NCBI GenBank assembly: GCA_050084515.1
Contig: CM114271.1
Location: 7,378,001 to 7,442,000 of the forward strand
Direction of reading: 5' to 3'
Length of the DNA: 64,000 nt
DNA from: Blasia pusilla
Lineage: Eukaryota
Positions 25,228 to 39,000 of the stretch are shown here, in pieces. Made by a program: the position numbers and the translations under genes. Numbering within the stretch: position 1 is the stretch's first letter; each line of letters begins with the position of its first letter. The notes under the pieces were generated by a model. It did not search any database. It worked only from the letters and a program-made list of their open reading frames with translations, and was not told the DNA's origin.

Positions 25228-27313
25228 CTGCACGCAATATGAACCAACAAAGTGCAAGTAGAAACTCACTAAAGGTGAACTCAAGACATAGAACTAACCT
25301 ACAAAAGCTCAAATTCAGTGCACAAAGGTTGAGCTACAGAATGTCACTACAAATGGAAAAGGCGGCTTACTACAGTGTACAGGAGAAGCAGATAAGCAAA
25401 AAGATAAACTACAAAGTGCATAAGTGAGAAGAGTGTTATGAACTCTAAGAAGATACTGAAGTACAGCGGGAGAAAACACTTGTCTACTACAATCACACTG
25501 ATTCAAGCTACAATGCCACACAATTTACAACACACACAATTCTTATGCAAAAACTTTTGGGCCACAGCATGATTGATAAATGAGTGAATGTATGTCTGGG
25601 AGATGTTGTTATTACGACTAGGTGGTGGCAACTGCTGGGCAGCCGAGAAAGCGTTAGCAACATAAACATAGACTAAACGTCACACATAAATACAAACTGT
25701 ACAATAAACCTGCTGTCCAATGTAGTCGGATAGGGTACAAGCAGAAATTTAAGGTTTACACAATCTGACGTAAGAAATGAAGGAGATGACAACAAACAGT
25801 CCAAGAACAGTAAGGATTTCAGGGCAAAAAGCAGACATGGCCAGCAAATATTGTTGAAATCAGAATTCTACTTCCTCTCAGATCTACTTTTAAAACTTTA
25901 AAATGATAGAAAGATAGTAGATCCCGACAGGATCTTCCACTGAACCATGTACATGAGGGTAATCACTTACAAACCTGAAAAGAGCAAAACTGAAATGGAT
26001 TGCATGTAGAATTGGTCTACAACTTCTATTGAGAACTGGGTGCTTGAAAAGCAACACCTTATTAGAATACACAAGTCCTGAAGAGAGGTGGTTGAAACCA
26101 AGATGCAGGAGTTTGTGCTAGATTGGTACTTGGAGCATTCTCCACACCAATGCACATTCCTTCTTAGTTGATCAAGGCACCAGGAGAGGTTCAGGTATGT
26201 AGGAGCTAATCTCAAAACCCACAGCCTTAGAGGGTAGGAGTAGAAGTGAATCAAAGAAGAAGGGAAGAGAGGGGGAGTTAAATAGTTTCCTACAAGAGAC
26301 CAGCAGAAGGGACCACTGCATGGTAAGGCAAGGTGGAAGGGCTAGCACAACAGGAGCAGGCCAGCACATTATGAGCAGGACATCACAACAGGCCAACACA
26401 ACAGGGGGAGGACAAAGACAACAAAGCCAAAGACAAAGAAGGGTAGGCCAAAGACACCATGTGCACAATTAAACATAACCAAAACTCACAAGAGTAGTTA
26501 AAGAGGTAACTAGTAAACTAACTGAGACTTGTAACTATGATAAACTTCCAACCATAATTTGCAGAACTAACCCTAGTTAAAAAACTGGAAGAAAACAGCA
26601 GACAATTTTATGTGAAATTCTAACAAATATATGGTGCAGAAGCAAGTAACATTCTAGGCGTTTACAAAGCTTATGCAGAGTATGATGTGTCGAAGCTCAA
26701 ACTCGACTTTAAAATTGCAAGCGTAGCCAAGAGTTGAAGCTATCTACAGAAGAAAATCACTTGCTGTAATGAAGTGGCAAAACTGCCCTTCATACTATTT
26801 CAGCAGTGAGAAAAACCAGAAGTTGCTCCCGAGTATATAGCAACTTCACCAATATAAGTGCAAAGTTTGCATGCATGTAAGTTTGCATGCATGTAAGTGC
26901 AAGTTGGCACAGGCCAACAAGTGAAGGAAAATAGCAAGTTAACATTGTTGTTACTGGGTACAGCCAGCAACTGGATCTAACAAACTGACACTATTGTTCA
27001 CATAGCTGTGCACGACTTTAGTACACTGCAGAGGACAGATAGAAGAAAGTCAAGGTCGGACAGCAAGCAATAAATCACAACAAATCCAACCAAAGGCAAG
27101 TTCATTAAAGAAATATGAGAGAATAGTGTCGGACCTGAGTTGTGATAGTAAGTTCACGCACACTTGCGCTTGTTTGGGGACTCTGGTAGAATTGGACCAA
27201 CATATGGTGTACCATCGGTGTTGAACTGAAATGTGGTGCTGCGGCTTGCAGATGCAGACTTGGTTGGATAGGATGTCGAAGAGGGTAGCTGTTGAGAAAC
27301 ACTACCTATCCCA

Positions 27314-28545
27314 TTGTAATGTACAAGGATACTAGAAAGTAATCGTTTTGGGAGTATTTATGAAGTTCGATCCCCAAGAAGATCACTATTATTCGAAAAG
27401 AGAGATTTAAGGTGTGTTGTTTATGTGAAGATGATAATTATGTCTATACAAAAAAAATTCAAACATTCATCCAATCATTCTTCTTCTCACAAGTACCAAG
27501 GTTTCCTTTCTTCTGTTCTCTCGAGTGGTATAGAGCAAACTCTCGGGTATATGCTTCCTTACACACAAGAACCTCACATAGATCTCAATTACTCGATGGC
27601 TTCTCCTACTCTCGAAACTCAATTCGTCTTGGCAGGTTACTCTCTGTCAAACAAATTTCCTACATCTATCAATTGATTATCCTTTTAGTGCAAGTGGCTC
27701 TCCCAATCAAATCTCACTCCGCAGACCCAATAAGTTGTCTCACACATATGCATCGCACATCAGAATGAAGAATTGAAGTCTTTGCTATTCCATCAAGAAC
27801 AGAAAGGCTGCAAAGTGGTTACAAGCACGAGAGGGTACTACTCTCCGGCTCGGATCATTCCTACATCATAAAGACGTCGCAATAGAATGATACTAAAGAC
27901 TCCTTTGATAATCTTTAAATAGTCTCTTAATCGACATCAGTAGCAAAGATCTAGAGCGTTTCTTTAGAGTAGAGACCTCTTGGGATCTCTTAACTACTTT
28001 AACCTACGGTTCTCTTGTCTTTTCCTATGATTTGTAGGAATCCGCTAGTCATAACTGTTTTAACTTCCTATATGCTCCAAGAGTCATGCCTCTTCGTGAG
28101 TTAACTACTCTAATGTTGTACCGCTTGAAACCGCGGACAATCTTCTCTTCGCTGCAAAGTCAAGACCTCTTCCTCTTTGGTAACTGACGAAGCACTTCGC
28201 TCTTTGCTCTTGTTCCAAATGCTTCGTTCTTTGTTCCTTCGCGAAGTACTGCTACTTCGTCTTGGTGCTTTGCTCAAGAACAAAGTACTTCATTAACAGG
28301 TTCTTTGTCGGTCTTTGTTGTTTCTTCCGAGCTTCGCTCTTGGTCTTTAGACTTCGTGAATTCATTTCTCTCTCCTCCAAGGCAAGTCCTTGATGTTCCA
28401 CCTCTCTGCCTTATCCTAGGAGCTTCATAATACATTCTAACATTCTCCATCCTTTCATTACACCAAAAAAATATTCAAGAACACCTTGTATATACAAGCT
28501 TTACTTCAAATAGTCTTCAATCTTCATTCTTGAAGACGTCTATAC
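27314..28545. mobile_element. LTR-like non-coding insertion
   Basis: Starts TGTAA with an abrupt composition change between two coding-like stretches. No clean CA end or TSD found. Confidence 0.4.
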
Positions 28546-29177
28546 TCAAAATTGCAAAATTGAGGTATCACACCCATCGTGCAACTCAGGTGAAGTGGAT
28601 GGTGCGCCATTGTCACGAATAGTTCTCAAATGTGCTAGCAAATGCGTTGCCTTTGCAGAACTTAGTGCAATCAACATATCTATCCGCAATTTCATTATCA
28701 CACGCAATTCCTGAAACTGGACAGGCTTTATACCACCAGTCAAGTGGGCATAGTGAACGGCAGCCTGCAACCTAGTTAAATCTGCTTCATTGAATTCAAT
28801 TCCCTTATACGCCATGACTTCTTTTTGAATTCTTGGTATACGCCCACTGATAAAAGATGTAAGAACAATTAAGTAAAGAGAGCTCCAAGACTATTATATA
28901 AGCAGTTTAATACAGTGGACCAACAATACGCACCTGATGCAGGTGGCTGGTTTTTCAACTCATGTAAAGACGTTGCCCACAGCTTCCTCTGGTCAATCAT
29001 ACGACTCATATGGCGGCTTGAGATATGGTCACCCCAATGGGACAAGTCCAATCCTAAGCTATTAGCGTACTTTAGCTGCGCATATGTTGGTGGAACAACC
29101 TCAATACTAGCTTCAGCTGGAAGCTCTAGCATATCGTCTAGAATCATCTTGGCGAAGTCCAGGTACGGCCTTGGCAC
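28546..29177 (-). other. Exon-like ORFs downstream of the Helitron helicase, unknown product
   Basis: Acceptor TTTTCTAG at 29178-29185; two open frames with a repeated Q...L..A helical motif; co-oriented with RepHel. Confidence 0.45.
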
Positions 29178-29593
29178 CTAGAAAAATAACCAGCAGAGAC
29201 AAAGAAGGTGTAGGTGGATAACTGAATTCACGGATACAAATCGGTTGCATTATTTGTTTGGTGTGGTCCGGTAGTTTCTGATCAACGCAAGGTGAACATA
29301 ACTAATTCACATAGGAGCAAATCTGGGCGCGATACTGAACTTGGTTGTCAGTAGTGTGAGTCGACAGCTGTTGTGGTGGCGGCGGCTGGAGATAATCACC
29401 TGAGCTATTGTCGCTCAACAATATTGTAGTTGCATGTGCGGCCAGAGATGGAGCCATAGTTGGACTGATGTTCGTTGGCTGCGCATTTGTGCCGAAAGGC
29501 TTCTTTGTCCTACCTCTTGTTGATCCGTCGTAGGCCGCTATTCTGGCTACAATCACTACAAGTTAGCTGCATAGGGTATGGTAGTGGATGGGG

Positions 29594-32500
29594 CTACACA
29601 CTCTGCCCATAAACATGAAAGTCTGTAGGTTCCAGAGTTCCAATAATCTGGAGATGTTCTCTACTGTTTACCCGCGATAGCATTACATAGACAAGGTCGG
29701 GTGCAAAAGATGCTCTAACTACCAGCAAACATCTGCCAGTTACAGTAAGCCCTTGGCTTTTATGGCCAATCATTGCATAGCCAAGTACTAGGGGAAATGT
29801 CTTCTTATGATACTTCTGGTTAGGGCCGTGTCTCAGGGTAGCAAAGTTTGTCCTTCTCACTCTCATGACTCTACTATTTGAGTGCAACATCACTGTAATA
29901 GAACTCAGTTCATCCGATTTATAGGTGCAATCTAGTAATGTTGCTCAAGCACCATTTGCTGCTTGATTTTTGACATCAATGTTAGATGTCAATAGAACTT
30001 TACAACCAATTGCAATAAATTGTAGTTGGTGGAAAGAGGAATCAGAAATCCAATCATGAAACTACGAATCGAGCGGTGCATTGGTAGAGATCTGAACAGG
30101 TAGAATTGAACCAGAGCCATGAAGTCTCTGAAGAGAAACAATATTAAATAGCTGGACATCAGCCTGATGGGAGCAAATTACTTGAGTTTCTTCTTGTATG
30201 AAATCTATACCAACATCTTCCTCAACAAAGAAATCACCGAGACAAATAGTAATCGGATGTTGTGTAGGTTTCTTGAGTCTGAGTTTGAACAAGAAAGTAA
30301 GGAGTTGGCTATCCTCACTATGTCTCATAGCAATAGATAATTTGTACTTGTGTACTAAGCTGAAAAATGGCGATGAAGATATATGGCATGCCATACACAT
30401 TGGAACAATATTATGGCAAAAAATTGTTGGCAACTTACAAAGGTCACCTAAAAGTATAACACGCTTCGTAGAAAAAGAATCCAAATTTGGTGAGGGACAA
30501 ACCTAATGCAACCTCGATCACACCAATTATTTGGAGCAATCGAGGTGTGAGCATGGAAAACTTGTCGACAACTATAACCTTGGCATCTCTGAGGCGACCA
30601 CAGTGGTCACTTACAGTGTGCATGTTGGGGAGATCTCCCTTTACGGGGATTGCAAATGCGGAATGGACAGTTGTGGCCTGGTCATGTAGTCTGACAGCAG
30701 CAATGCCAGTGGTTGCTGTCAACACGGGGGGCACGGAATTGAGAGACCAATACTTTTTCATGAAATGGATAAAGAACATTTTGCCACACCGAAGGGGCCC
30801 AATAAGCATCACTAAACCAGATGTAAGTGTTCTCATTGTTTCATAAAGGCTCAGTTGCTCACTGTTCAGTAGATGAAGCGGTAATGCAACGTCAAAAGCA
30901 AGCTCAGTGGTATCAAGTGTGCTGCATCCTTGTTGTCATAGACCACCTACTGATTCAAGATGTATGTCAAACACAAGGTGTGGTCCAATAAGGTCCATTA
31001 CTTTTGTGACAACTTCACTTGCGTGAACCTCACTCCAAAGATTGGAGGTAGCATGGTTCCTAATCTCCTCTACAATAGATGAAGGGTCCTGAAATATCTT
31101 GTGATAGATACATTCGTGCACAAATATGTCCAATCAGGCGACTGTAGAGATAGTACATCGCTCTTCGTCCTGAATGTAATATGATGGAGGAGTGTGTTGT
31201 AGAAAAACTCATTGGATTGATGGAGCGGGTGGTACTCAGTAAACCGAACCAACCTATTTGTACTGTAGACTGAGTTACCTATACAATCATATTATAGGCC
31301 AGGCCTGGCCTATAATATGTCCACTTCAAAGTATGTGGATCAACAACGGGCTCTGTATGGAAGTTTGGGGCCATAGGAAATTCCATACGATAATATGGTG
31401 GATGATCTTTTGTCCCCCTAATGGTGCACACGCCCTGTTTACGTGTATGTATCTACTTGGTTGTAACAAATCGCTGTAGCCTTCGAGTAGACTAAGTTGG
31501 GTGGCTGAGTCTGTAGCAGGACTATCAACAAAAGGAATATAGCAACATATTTCTGAAGTGACGTGATTAATATCCTGGTTTGTGACCCATAGTATCATGT
31601 GGCAATGCAAGCTCCCCCGACCTTGGAGCTCAGAACGCACCAAATAGTCGTGAACGCGTCCTAGGATCATGGCTCCCCCAAGGATATAATTTTGAAGGAA
31701 TGTTTTCAGCCTCGTATGAAAGAGTGTTGCACACTCAGCAAGAGCATCCCTCCATGTAAGGGACGGATTGAGCTTGCAAAGGATTGCCTCTATATCATCA
31801 ATCTCGCACCACCTAGAATAAGAAACAAGTCTGGCATACCCAACTTCTTGACGATTGCCTTAAGGTCCTTTAAGTGACGGCGATGCCAAGATGGGTTTCC
31901 CAGTATATGCGCACCAACAACATACCTAGATAAGTGCGCATAGAGGTCCTCATTTGGGAGATCAAGGTCCTTTTTTCTCAGTTGGTCAAGTTCTCTGTTG
32001 AGGATAAAAGAGCGACTAGATGATGCTAAAGCAATAGATTTCCAAAGTTGGTGCATCATGAGGATATATGGTTGGTATAATGTGAATACACTAAAAAGTT
32101 GTTCGGTAAGGCAACGTAAGTAGTCGATGAATGAAGATTTCCCTGTAAAGTACCCCCTTAAATATGGAAACAAGAAGGGGAAAATCCCTGTCTAAATTGT
32201 GAGTTTGCTATCAGTAGAGATCATGTTTCTATCACTCAGAAACTGTTCTCTACTTTGGGCATGCTCAGGAAGATACACACTGCCATTGTGAAAGATATCA
32301 TAGGACTTTCTACGCTTCACAGGGAGGGAATACTGCACATCTTGCAGCACATTAAGCTCTGTACTATATGGATTTGCTGCCATGCTATGGGTTAGTTGCA
32401 AAGATTTTAAGATTTCTTCCACAATAGAAGATGGGAGCAAGTGTAGGACTAGGAACTCAATTAGAGGTGTGTACTGTGCAAACAAGTCGTTAACCCTTAG

Positions 32501-33111
32501 GTTTACTAGAAAAACTTTTCTCACTTTCCTATACAGAAAATCAGAGTCTAATAGCAGAGGCTGGTCAATATTCCATGCAACAAGTGGGTAATCAAGCAGT
32601 GAGTCGACGTGAAAGAACCTCATATGGAAGTCGTTGTATTTAGTCTCAATGCCCAGGCAAGAGTCCACAAGGGACACTAGTTAGAGGTACAACGGTTTAA
32701 ATGCCAACACGTCACGCATGTATTGTGGAGTCATGTAAACGTTATGGCTTGTCTGGGATGAACCACCCTTGCAATGAGAACACACGTAAAATTTTTCAAG
32801 AGAAGGCACTACATTCAGGGACATGTAGCCATTGCAAAGAGCATAAGGGGGCCATATGTCTTTTTTTACAAGGGCTATCCTTACTTGACTAGCTTTGTAA
32901 TTAACGGCTCCACAATACCCACATCATTTCATGTTGCCTATAAAAGCTGAGCATTGTTTTTGCCTAAGTGTGAGTATCGTTTCAATGTTGGGCCGTACTT
33001 TGCTGATAGGCTTTCTTTGCAGTTTAAGCATAAGAATCAGCCTCAGCCTTGCACGTTTCCTACATGCCTTAAGCCTATTCTGATTTGCCAAGTTGGGTCT
33101 TCAGATCCTTT
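29594..33111 (-). mobile_element. Helitron-like Rep plus PIF1 helicase, decayed
   Basis: GNPSWHRRHLKDLKAIVKKLGMPDLFLIL; ELQGRGSLHCHMILW (HUH); Walker A GPLRCGK; TATTGIAA; IVVDKFSM; LLGDLCKLP; FPLVLGYAMIGHKSQGLT; YVMLSRV. The 5' side is cut by the CACTA terminus at 33112. Confidence 0.9.
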
Positions 33112-33320
33112 CACTAGAAGAAAACTAAGGTTTTTATGACTCTACTATGAATGACTAATAAATGAAATGACTAAAAGTATGATTCTATTGGTATAGTCAT
33201 TTTTATGACTTAGAGAACTCAAATAGTCATAAATGAACGACTGAAATAGTTGTATAAATGACTCAGTTATTTACAAGTCATATCCCATGACTCTGTCAAT
33301 CATCTGAGTCATTTTTTCAT
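33112..33320. mobile_element. CACTA terminus with subterminal repeats
   Basis: CACTAGAAGAAAA followed by ATGACT/AGTCAT repeats. Confidence 0.75.
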
Positions 33321-33482
33321 ACATGTTTATTAAAGAACATTAATTGGAGAAGGTTATAGTTTAAAATTTTTCTTCTTTTCTTGTCTAATGACAGTATTAT
33401 AGTTATCTTCGACTAAATAATCAGACATATTTTATTATTTAAAAATAAAAGTATGTTTTATTTTTATCATTTTAAAGTTTGG

Positions 33483-33513
33483 TGCCAATGCATCGTACGG
33501 GCATTCTCACTAG
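33483..33513 (+). mobile_element. Canonical Helitron 3' terminus (non-autonomous remnant)
   Basis: Imperfect hairpin TGCCAATGCATCGTACGGGCA followed by CTAG|T. Confidence 0.6.
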
Positions 33514-34375
33514 TGAGTAAATAACAACATATTGAAATAATACGCGATGCACTAGAAGATACATCCCAGATATTAAACCATGCATGATTTATTTTAAAAA
33601 AATTCTTTTCTTATAAAGTATAATAAGAAAAGATGGAATTTAAATAAAATATTTTACCCAAAAAAATTTATGAGAATTTATATCAAAACTAGAATAAAAA
33701 AACTTAAACGATGAAAATATTCACGAACTATAAAATCATAATTAATGTTCAACTTTGAAAATATCAAATAAAACACTAAGCTAAAAAGGTTTGTGTCTCA
33801 ATTAAGGTAAGCGTAAACACAACAAACAGTTATCGCCGCGATCAAACTTAAGTCTCCCTCGCCAAAGGCGAGACCCTAGCAAATAAGCTACGGCGCTCTC
33901 TTGTCTCACACTAATACTCTTTTACATATATATCTCATATGTTTGTTTCTTAGGGTTTTGATATACGGGCGTGAGACGGATCGTAAGGGCCGGTGGAAAG
34001 GGAGGCAAGAGCGCGCGCAGGAGAGATAGACTCAAGTACATGATCGAGAAAAGAGATGAAGAGCCAAGAGGGTGCGGGAACAAATACGAGAGAGGAGAGT
34101 GAGAGACCAAGAATATGAAGAGAGGACATTGCGTGAGAGGAGATAGAGAGGCACGAAAACAAAAGGACTACATTCCCAAGAAGAGAGAACTTGTTACATT
34201 GCAAGGCTCCTAACACGATATAGGAGGAGATTGAAAGGCTTCATTGAATCGCGACTGTTGTAATCCGAGGTGCAGTTTGAAGTGGCTGCGGAGGTTGAGT
34301 TAAAAACAGGTGTGGATGCAAACAACTCTCTCAAAGTTTTTGTGGCCATCCCATTACAAGCGTGGGCATCTCACA

Positions 34376-34475
<100 letters not shown>

Positions 34476-35429
34476 TTGGCTAATAGGTTAATTAATCGTG
34501 TCCTCTTGATTCTCCACAATGAACTTCAAGTTTCAGACAGACTGATTCTAAGCTATTGAATGCAGCAATCCAATGGAAACCAATCCAATCCCAAGATGAA
34601 CTAATTCTTTCAAATAGCTCTTTGATTCTGTCAGTTACTTCTAGTACCTATCTTCCAGCAATCGATATGTTTCATTGAAATCAAGTAAGTCATGGCATTG
34701 GCGTTATCATTTTTTGTTCGCGTTGTTAGGAGATCCGGAGCTTGAAGCTGGCACATGTAGATCCGGTCCCAACTTGACAGAGTCAAGACCGGAGCTTGAA
34801 CCACGTCGTTGGACTTGGGCCGACACCAATCACGCTAGTGTAAGTAATTGGCATCTGGTAGCTCTACTGTCACACTATTATAATTGAAGTTTGAGTTGAG
34901 GTGCCGGGGAGAGTCTTTCAGAACAAGTGCTAGGCTTCCACTTATCATCGTGATTGAGTGTGCTCAAGTGCTAGCTTCGATGACATGAACATATGTACAT
35001 TTTTATACCGGTTGTAAGATCTGTAAGTCCATGGAAAGCTACTAAGAATAGTGGAAAGAGAGGCTTCTGTGCCTTTGTATGCGATATTTTTAGACTTGCA
35101 TAATCTCTTCAAGGACAAGTTGGGGATGAATGAGGCTTTGAGATTTCATGAAAAATTGTTGAGTGATGTAGAGAATGGAAGTGATGTGAATTGGCATACT
35201 TTAGTCGATCCCCTAGGCAAGAAATCATGGCGCGCAGATTCCCTACGGTTGTGGAGACAATCAAATTGCACCGGAATATGGTCTCTCAAAATGGACACAA
35301 AGCTCGCGCAAAGTTCCCACATTGCTTCAGCGGTCTCTAGAGGAGGAATAGTCTTCTGTTGCTAGCGCACACTCTCCACCATCAGGCACAGAAATTCAAC
35401 TAGGCCGTTGCGAAAGAGGACGTGAAGAA

Positions 35430-36490
35430 TGTGGCCTTGGTTGAGTGATCTCAAAGTACGAGCCATGGGTTATCTTGATTTGTCATGTATCAGATAAGTA
35501 AACAGGACCCTATGAGTATGGCAATGGTTACCAACTATATAAATGAATCCTATATCTATGTTGGAGTACATGTTTTGGATCTTGAGTTCTTAAGAAATAA
35601 AATTGCCCAACTCTTAAAAACTGAGAGGTCAACTTTAAAGGTCTATTGGCTGAAGAATGGAGGCCATTGAGAAGTCCCTTGCCATCTTGAAGCAAGGGCC
35701 GTGGAATGGGAACCAATGGTAGAGTATTGGATGTCAGAATCAGGAAAATTTAAGGCCGAGCAAAAAACGAAAGCTCGGTCACATATTGAGACTTTGAACT
35801 ACAATGACTAATCAGGCTTAGAAATTTTTTGAGTAAGCCCTTAACATGAGCTTTGACTTTCATTTGAAAAAACATAGCTTCAAATTGTTGGGTTCTTCTT
35901 TTGGTATGCACTCTATCAATTTAGGCATTCCCATAAGCTTATATACTAAACATGTTCTTGTTTCTTATTTCAAATGTTTGAATAATGACACCTACAATAT
36001 GGGATGTGTTTTAGGGGGTTCCAAAAAGAGAGATTTCTTCTCATGGAACATCAAGAGAGTAGGTTCCATCATCACATCCCATTTTAGTGGGGCTTCACGG
36101 ATAAGTTGCATACAAGTTTTCAAAATTGGTTAGTGTAGTGGTTATGGAAAGAAAGGAAAATTATGGAAATGTGTCATATAAAGCATTGACATCTTGTATT
36201 ATTTATCTATTATGCTTGACAGGGAGTCGAATCACATCTCACTTCCCACATGAATGAGGTGGAGACCAAATTGGATGAAGGTCTACATGATATGAGATCC
36301 CAAATTGAGAATGGCTAGAGGGAGCAACAAAATAAATGGAATGATCTTCAGGCGAGTCACCAACTTCTTGAGGAGAAGTTGAGTGTACTTCTACGCATGG
36401 TCGATAAATTAGCTCAAAGTGGAAAAGAAACAACGTCCAATGTCTCAATTGATGATGCACTTATAGATAATCCATCAACCCTGAAAAGTA
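35430..36490 (+). mobile_element. CACTA ORF2 (TnpA-like) exons, decayed
   Basis: PWLSDLKVRAM...QDPMSMAMVTNYINESYIYVG...EYWMSESGKFKA; paralogue of 16950-18160. Confidence 0.65.
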
Positions 36491-37068
36491 AGTTCCTTTT
36501 CTTATATAAGTCCAATTAAATTCCATCAAGGCACTTTAAATTCTGATCTAATTTTCTCATTTCGACATCATGATCTAATTACTTCTATGGCTTGTGCAGG
36601 GCGTCATAAGAAATCGCATGAGCTTACACACAATGTTGAGAACCATGTTGAGGCTAAAAGGTCCCCTGAGAAAAGTAGGACAAAGCCTCACATGAGTGTT
36701 GGCTTTGAAGATAGGACTACTTTAATAGATGAAAATCTTTGATATGTCCTCTTGTAGGTTTAATCACTCATATTCTCTATTGCAAGTTTTTTGGAAATGT
36801 TTAATGTAGGTGTACCATAATTATGGTCTGCAATGTAAATATGAAATTCCACACGAAGTGTTGAAGTCCACAGTGTTGATTAGGTAAGCCAGATGTTGAA
36901 CAAGAGCTCTTCAAGTGTAATGATCAAAGGTAAGACTCAAGCATCTGCCACGTTTTATACCTACATTGTCCAATTTCTCCATACCTTCATTCCATATTTC
37001 AGCAATGATAATTTCAAGTTGGATTATGGTGAGTGATTACTCACTCAGCTCACTAAGACTATACCAAA

Positions 37069-38290
37069 CACTAGAAGGAAAAGGGTTTTTTATGACTACA
37101 TTATATGACAGACAGGAGTTATATTATACATGACATCACTCACGGTGACTAATGACTACATCAGTCATAAAACACAAGTAATTTTTGTCTCATGACTAAG
37201 TACCACTTGAGTCATTGTGTACATGACTTCATTAATTTCAATGACTAGGGGATATAATTAGACACGTGGACATGACTTGTAATCCACGTCATACTAGTGA
37301 CGTGGATGATACGCTTTACACTTAGTGTGAGTCATATTTGATACATAAAGAATGACTTGGATGAGTCATTCCCCTAGTTATAGCATGAATCATTTGTTTT
37401 GTTTTATAGTCATAGTGGAGTCATAATTGATAGTCCTAATGAATCAGGGTCAGTCATCATATGTCATGACGAGTCATGCCAAGTCGTTGTGTGAATAATG
37501 AAGTCATATTTGATACGTAAAAAACGACTAGCATGAGTCATGATCCGAGTCATAGTATGAGTCATTATGTTTTGTATTGTAGTCATGGTGGAGTCATAAT
37601 TCATAGTCCATGATCAGTCATGCCAAGTGGTTATTTGAATAATGAAGTCATATTTGATACATAAAGAACGACTAGCTCGAGTCATGCGCCTTGACATGGC
37701 ATGAGTCATTGGTTTTTGTTTTGTAATCATGTTGGAGTCGTAAGTAGTAGTCCATGAGTAAAAAATTAATCAATATTTTTAGATGGCTAGTCATTAAAGT
37801 TAAGTCATGATCAGTCATCATAGGTCATGACTAATCAAGCTAAGTCATTAATTGAATAATGTAGTCATATTTGATACATAAAGAATGACTTGCTTGAGTA
37901 ATGAGCGTAGTCATACCACGAGTCAAAATTTATTGTGTTGTAGTCATGTTGGAGTCATAAGTGGTAGTTCATGAGTCATGGAATAATCTATATTTTTACA
38001 TGGCAAGTCATTAAAGATGAGTCATGGTCACTGGTCGCAAGTCATTACTAATCATGCCAAGTCATTATTTGAACAATGGAGTCATCACATTATATGTAGT
38101 CCATGATAGCCAAGATATAGAAGTGAGTCATGATAAGTCATGACTAGTCATTCCAAGTCATGGTTTGCAAAATGGAGTCATTTTACTCTAAATGGAGTGC
38201 TTATTATTAAATCAAATGACTGTGACAGTCATACAATATGAGTCATTTCTGCTCAATGACTGCATGTTCTTTTGCCCTATGCTTGGAAGT
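37069..38290. mobile_element. CACTA terminus with a 1.2 kb subterminal repeat array
   Basis: CACTAGAAGGAAAA at 37069; dense GAGTCAT/ATGACT; higher-order unit GTCATATTTGATAC at ~37331, 37503, 37648 and 37864. Confidence 0.8.
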
Positions 38291-38329
38291 CATACAATGG
38301 GTCTTACCAAAAGAGTTCAGATCTGTAAA

Positions 38330-38499
38330 ACTAAAAGAGTTCAGATATGTAAGTGCATAAAATGCACTCACACTTGAAGTTCTTTAATTTGTGAAGTTTT
38401 AAGACTCAGTTTTTTGATATGGGAACAAATCAGTGTAGTATACATGAGTTTATAGGTAAAGTTTTATGATATGTAAACTCACATCTGAACTCTTTTAGT
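38330..38499. repeat. 170 bp foldback / MITE-like element
   Basis: Perfect 17-bp inverted repeat ACTAAAAGAGTTCAGAT at 38330-38346 and 38483-38499. Confidence 0.55.
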
Positions 38500-38776
38500 A
38501 TCTGTACATACTACTTTTCATCTTGAAGTCCAAAGTATAAAAGAAGAAATACTATTGACACCCATAAAACTTGGAATCAAATTTCAAGAAACCACATTTT
38601 ACTAACACCTGATCACAAAATCTGACCATATTATATCTGATCACAAAATCTGACCACAAAGCATATGAGTTGATCTCATTTTTGGCAAAATAGGTGATAT
38701 TTAAAATGCTTCATGGATCACAAAATCTCCTTTGCTACCACTATTTCCAAGAACATGAAGGAAACAACGAAAAGCC

Positions 38777-39000
38777 TTAATCTACCCATTTATTCAAGTT
38801 CAATTCAGGCCAGAGGACATTTATTCCTATTGCATCCCCTAATACTCGTTGAGGGGGATCGTCCCCCTCATTGGTTTGCCATAACATATACTCCGGCTCC
38901 AAGACACTCTGGATTGTGACCCACATAACTCTATCTAGAATATCTTTGCCATGACACTTATCACGACCGGATATCCCTGTTATCACTCCATGAGCAAGTA
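38777..39000 (-). mobile_element. CACTA ORF2 C-terminal Tnp1/En/Spm-like domain fragment
   Basis: ITGISGRDKCHGKDI...LGDAIGINVLWP; paralogue of 55496-55765. Confidence 0.65.

Noticed and set aside
33483-33513. This CTAG terminus as the end of the adjacent RepHel element
   Set aside because: It is on the plus strand, while the RepHel is on the minus strand and this is its 5' side.
35051-35365. ORF containing YAIFLDL as an RT fragment
   Set aside because: No other RT motifs follow; left unassigned.
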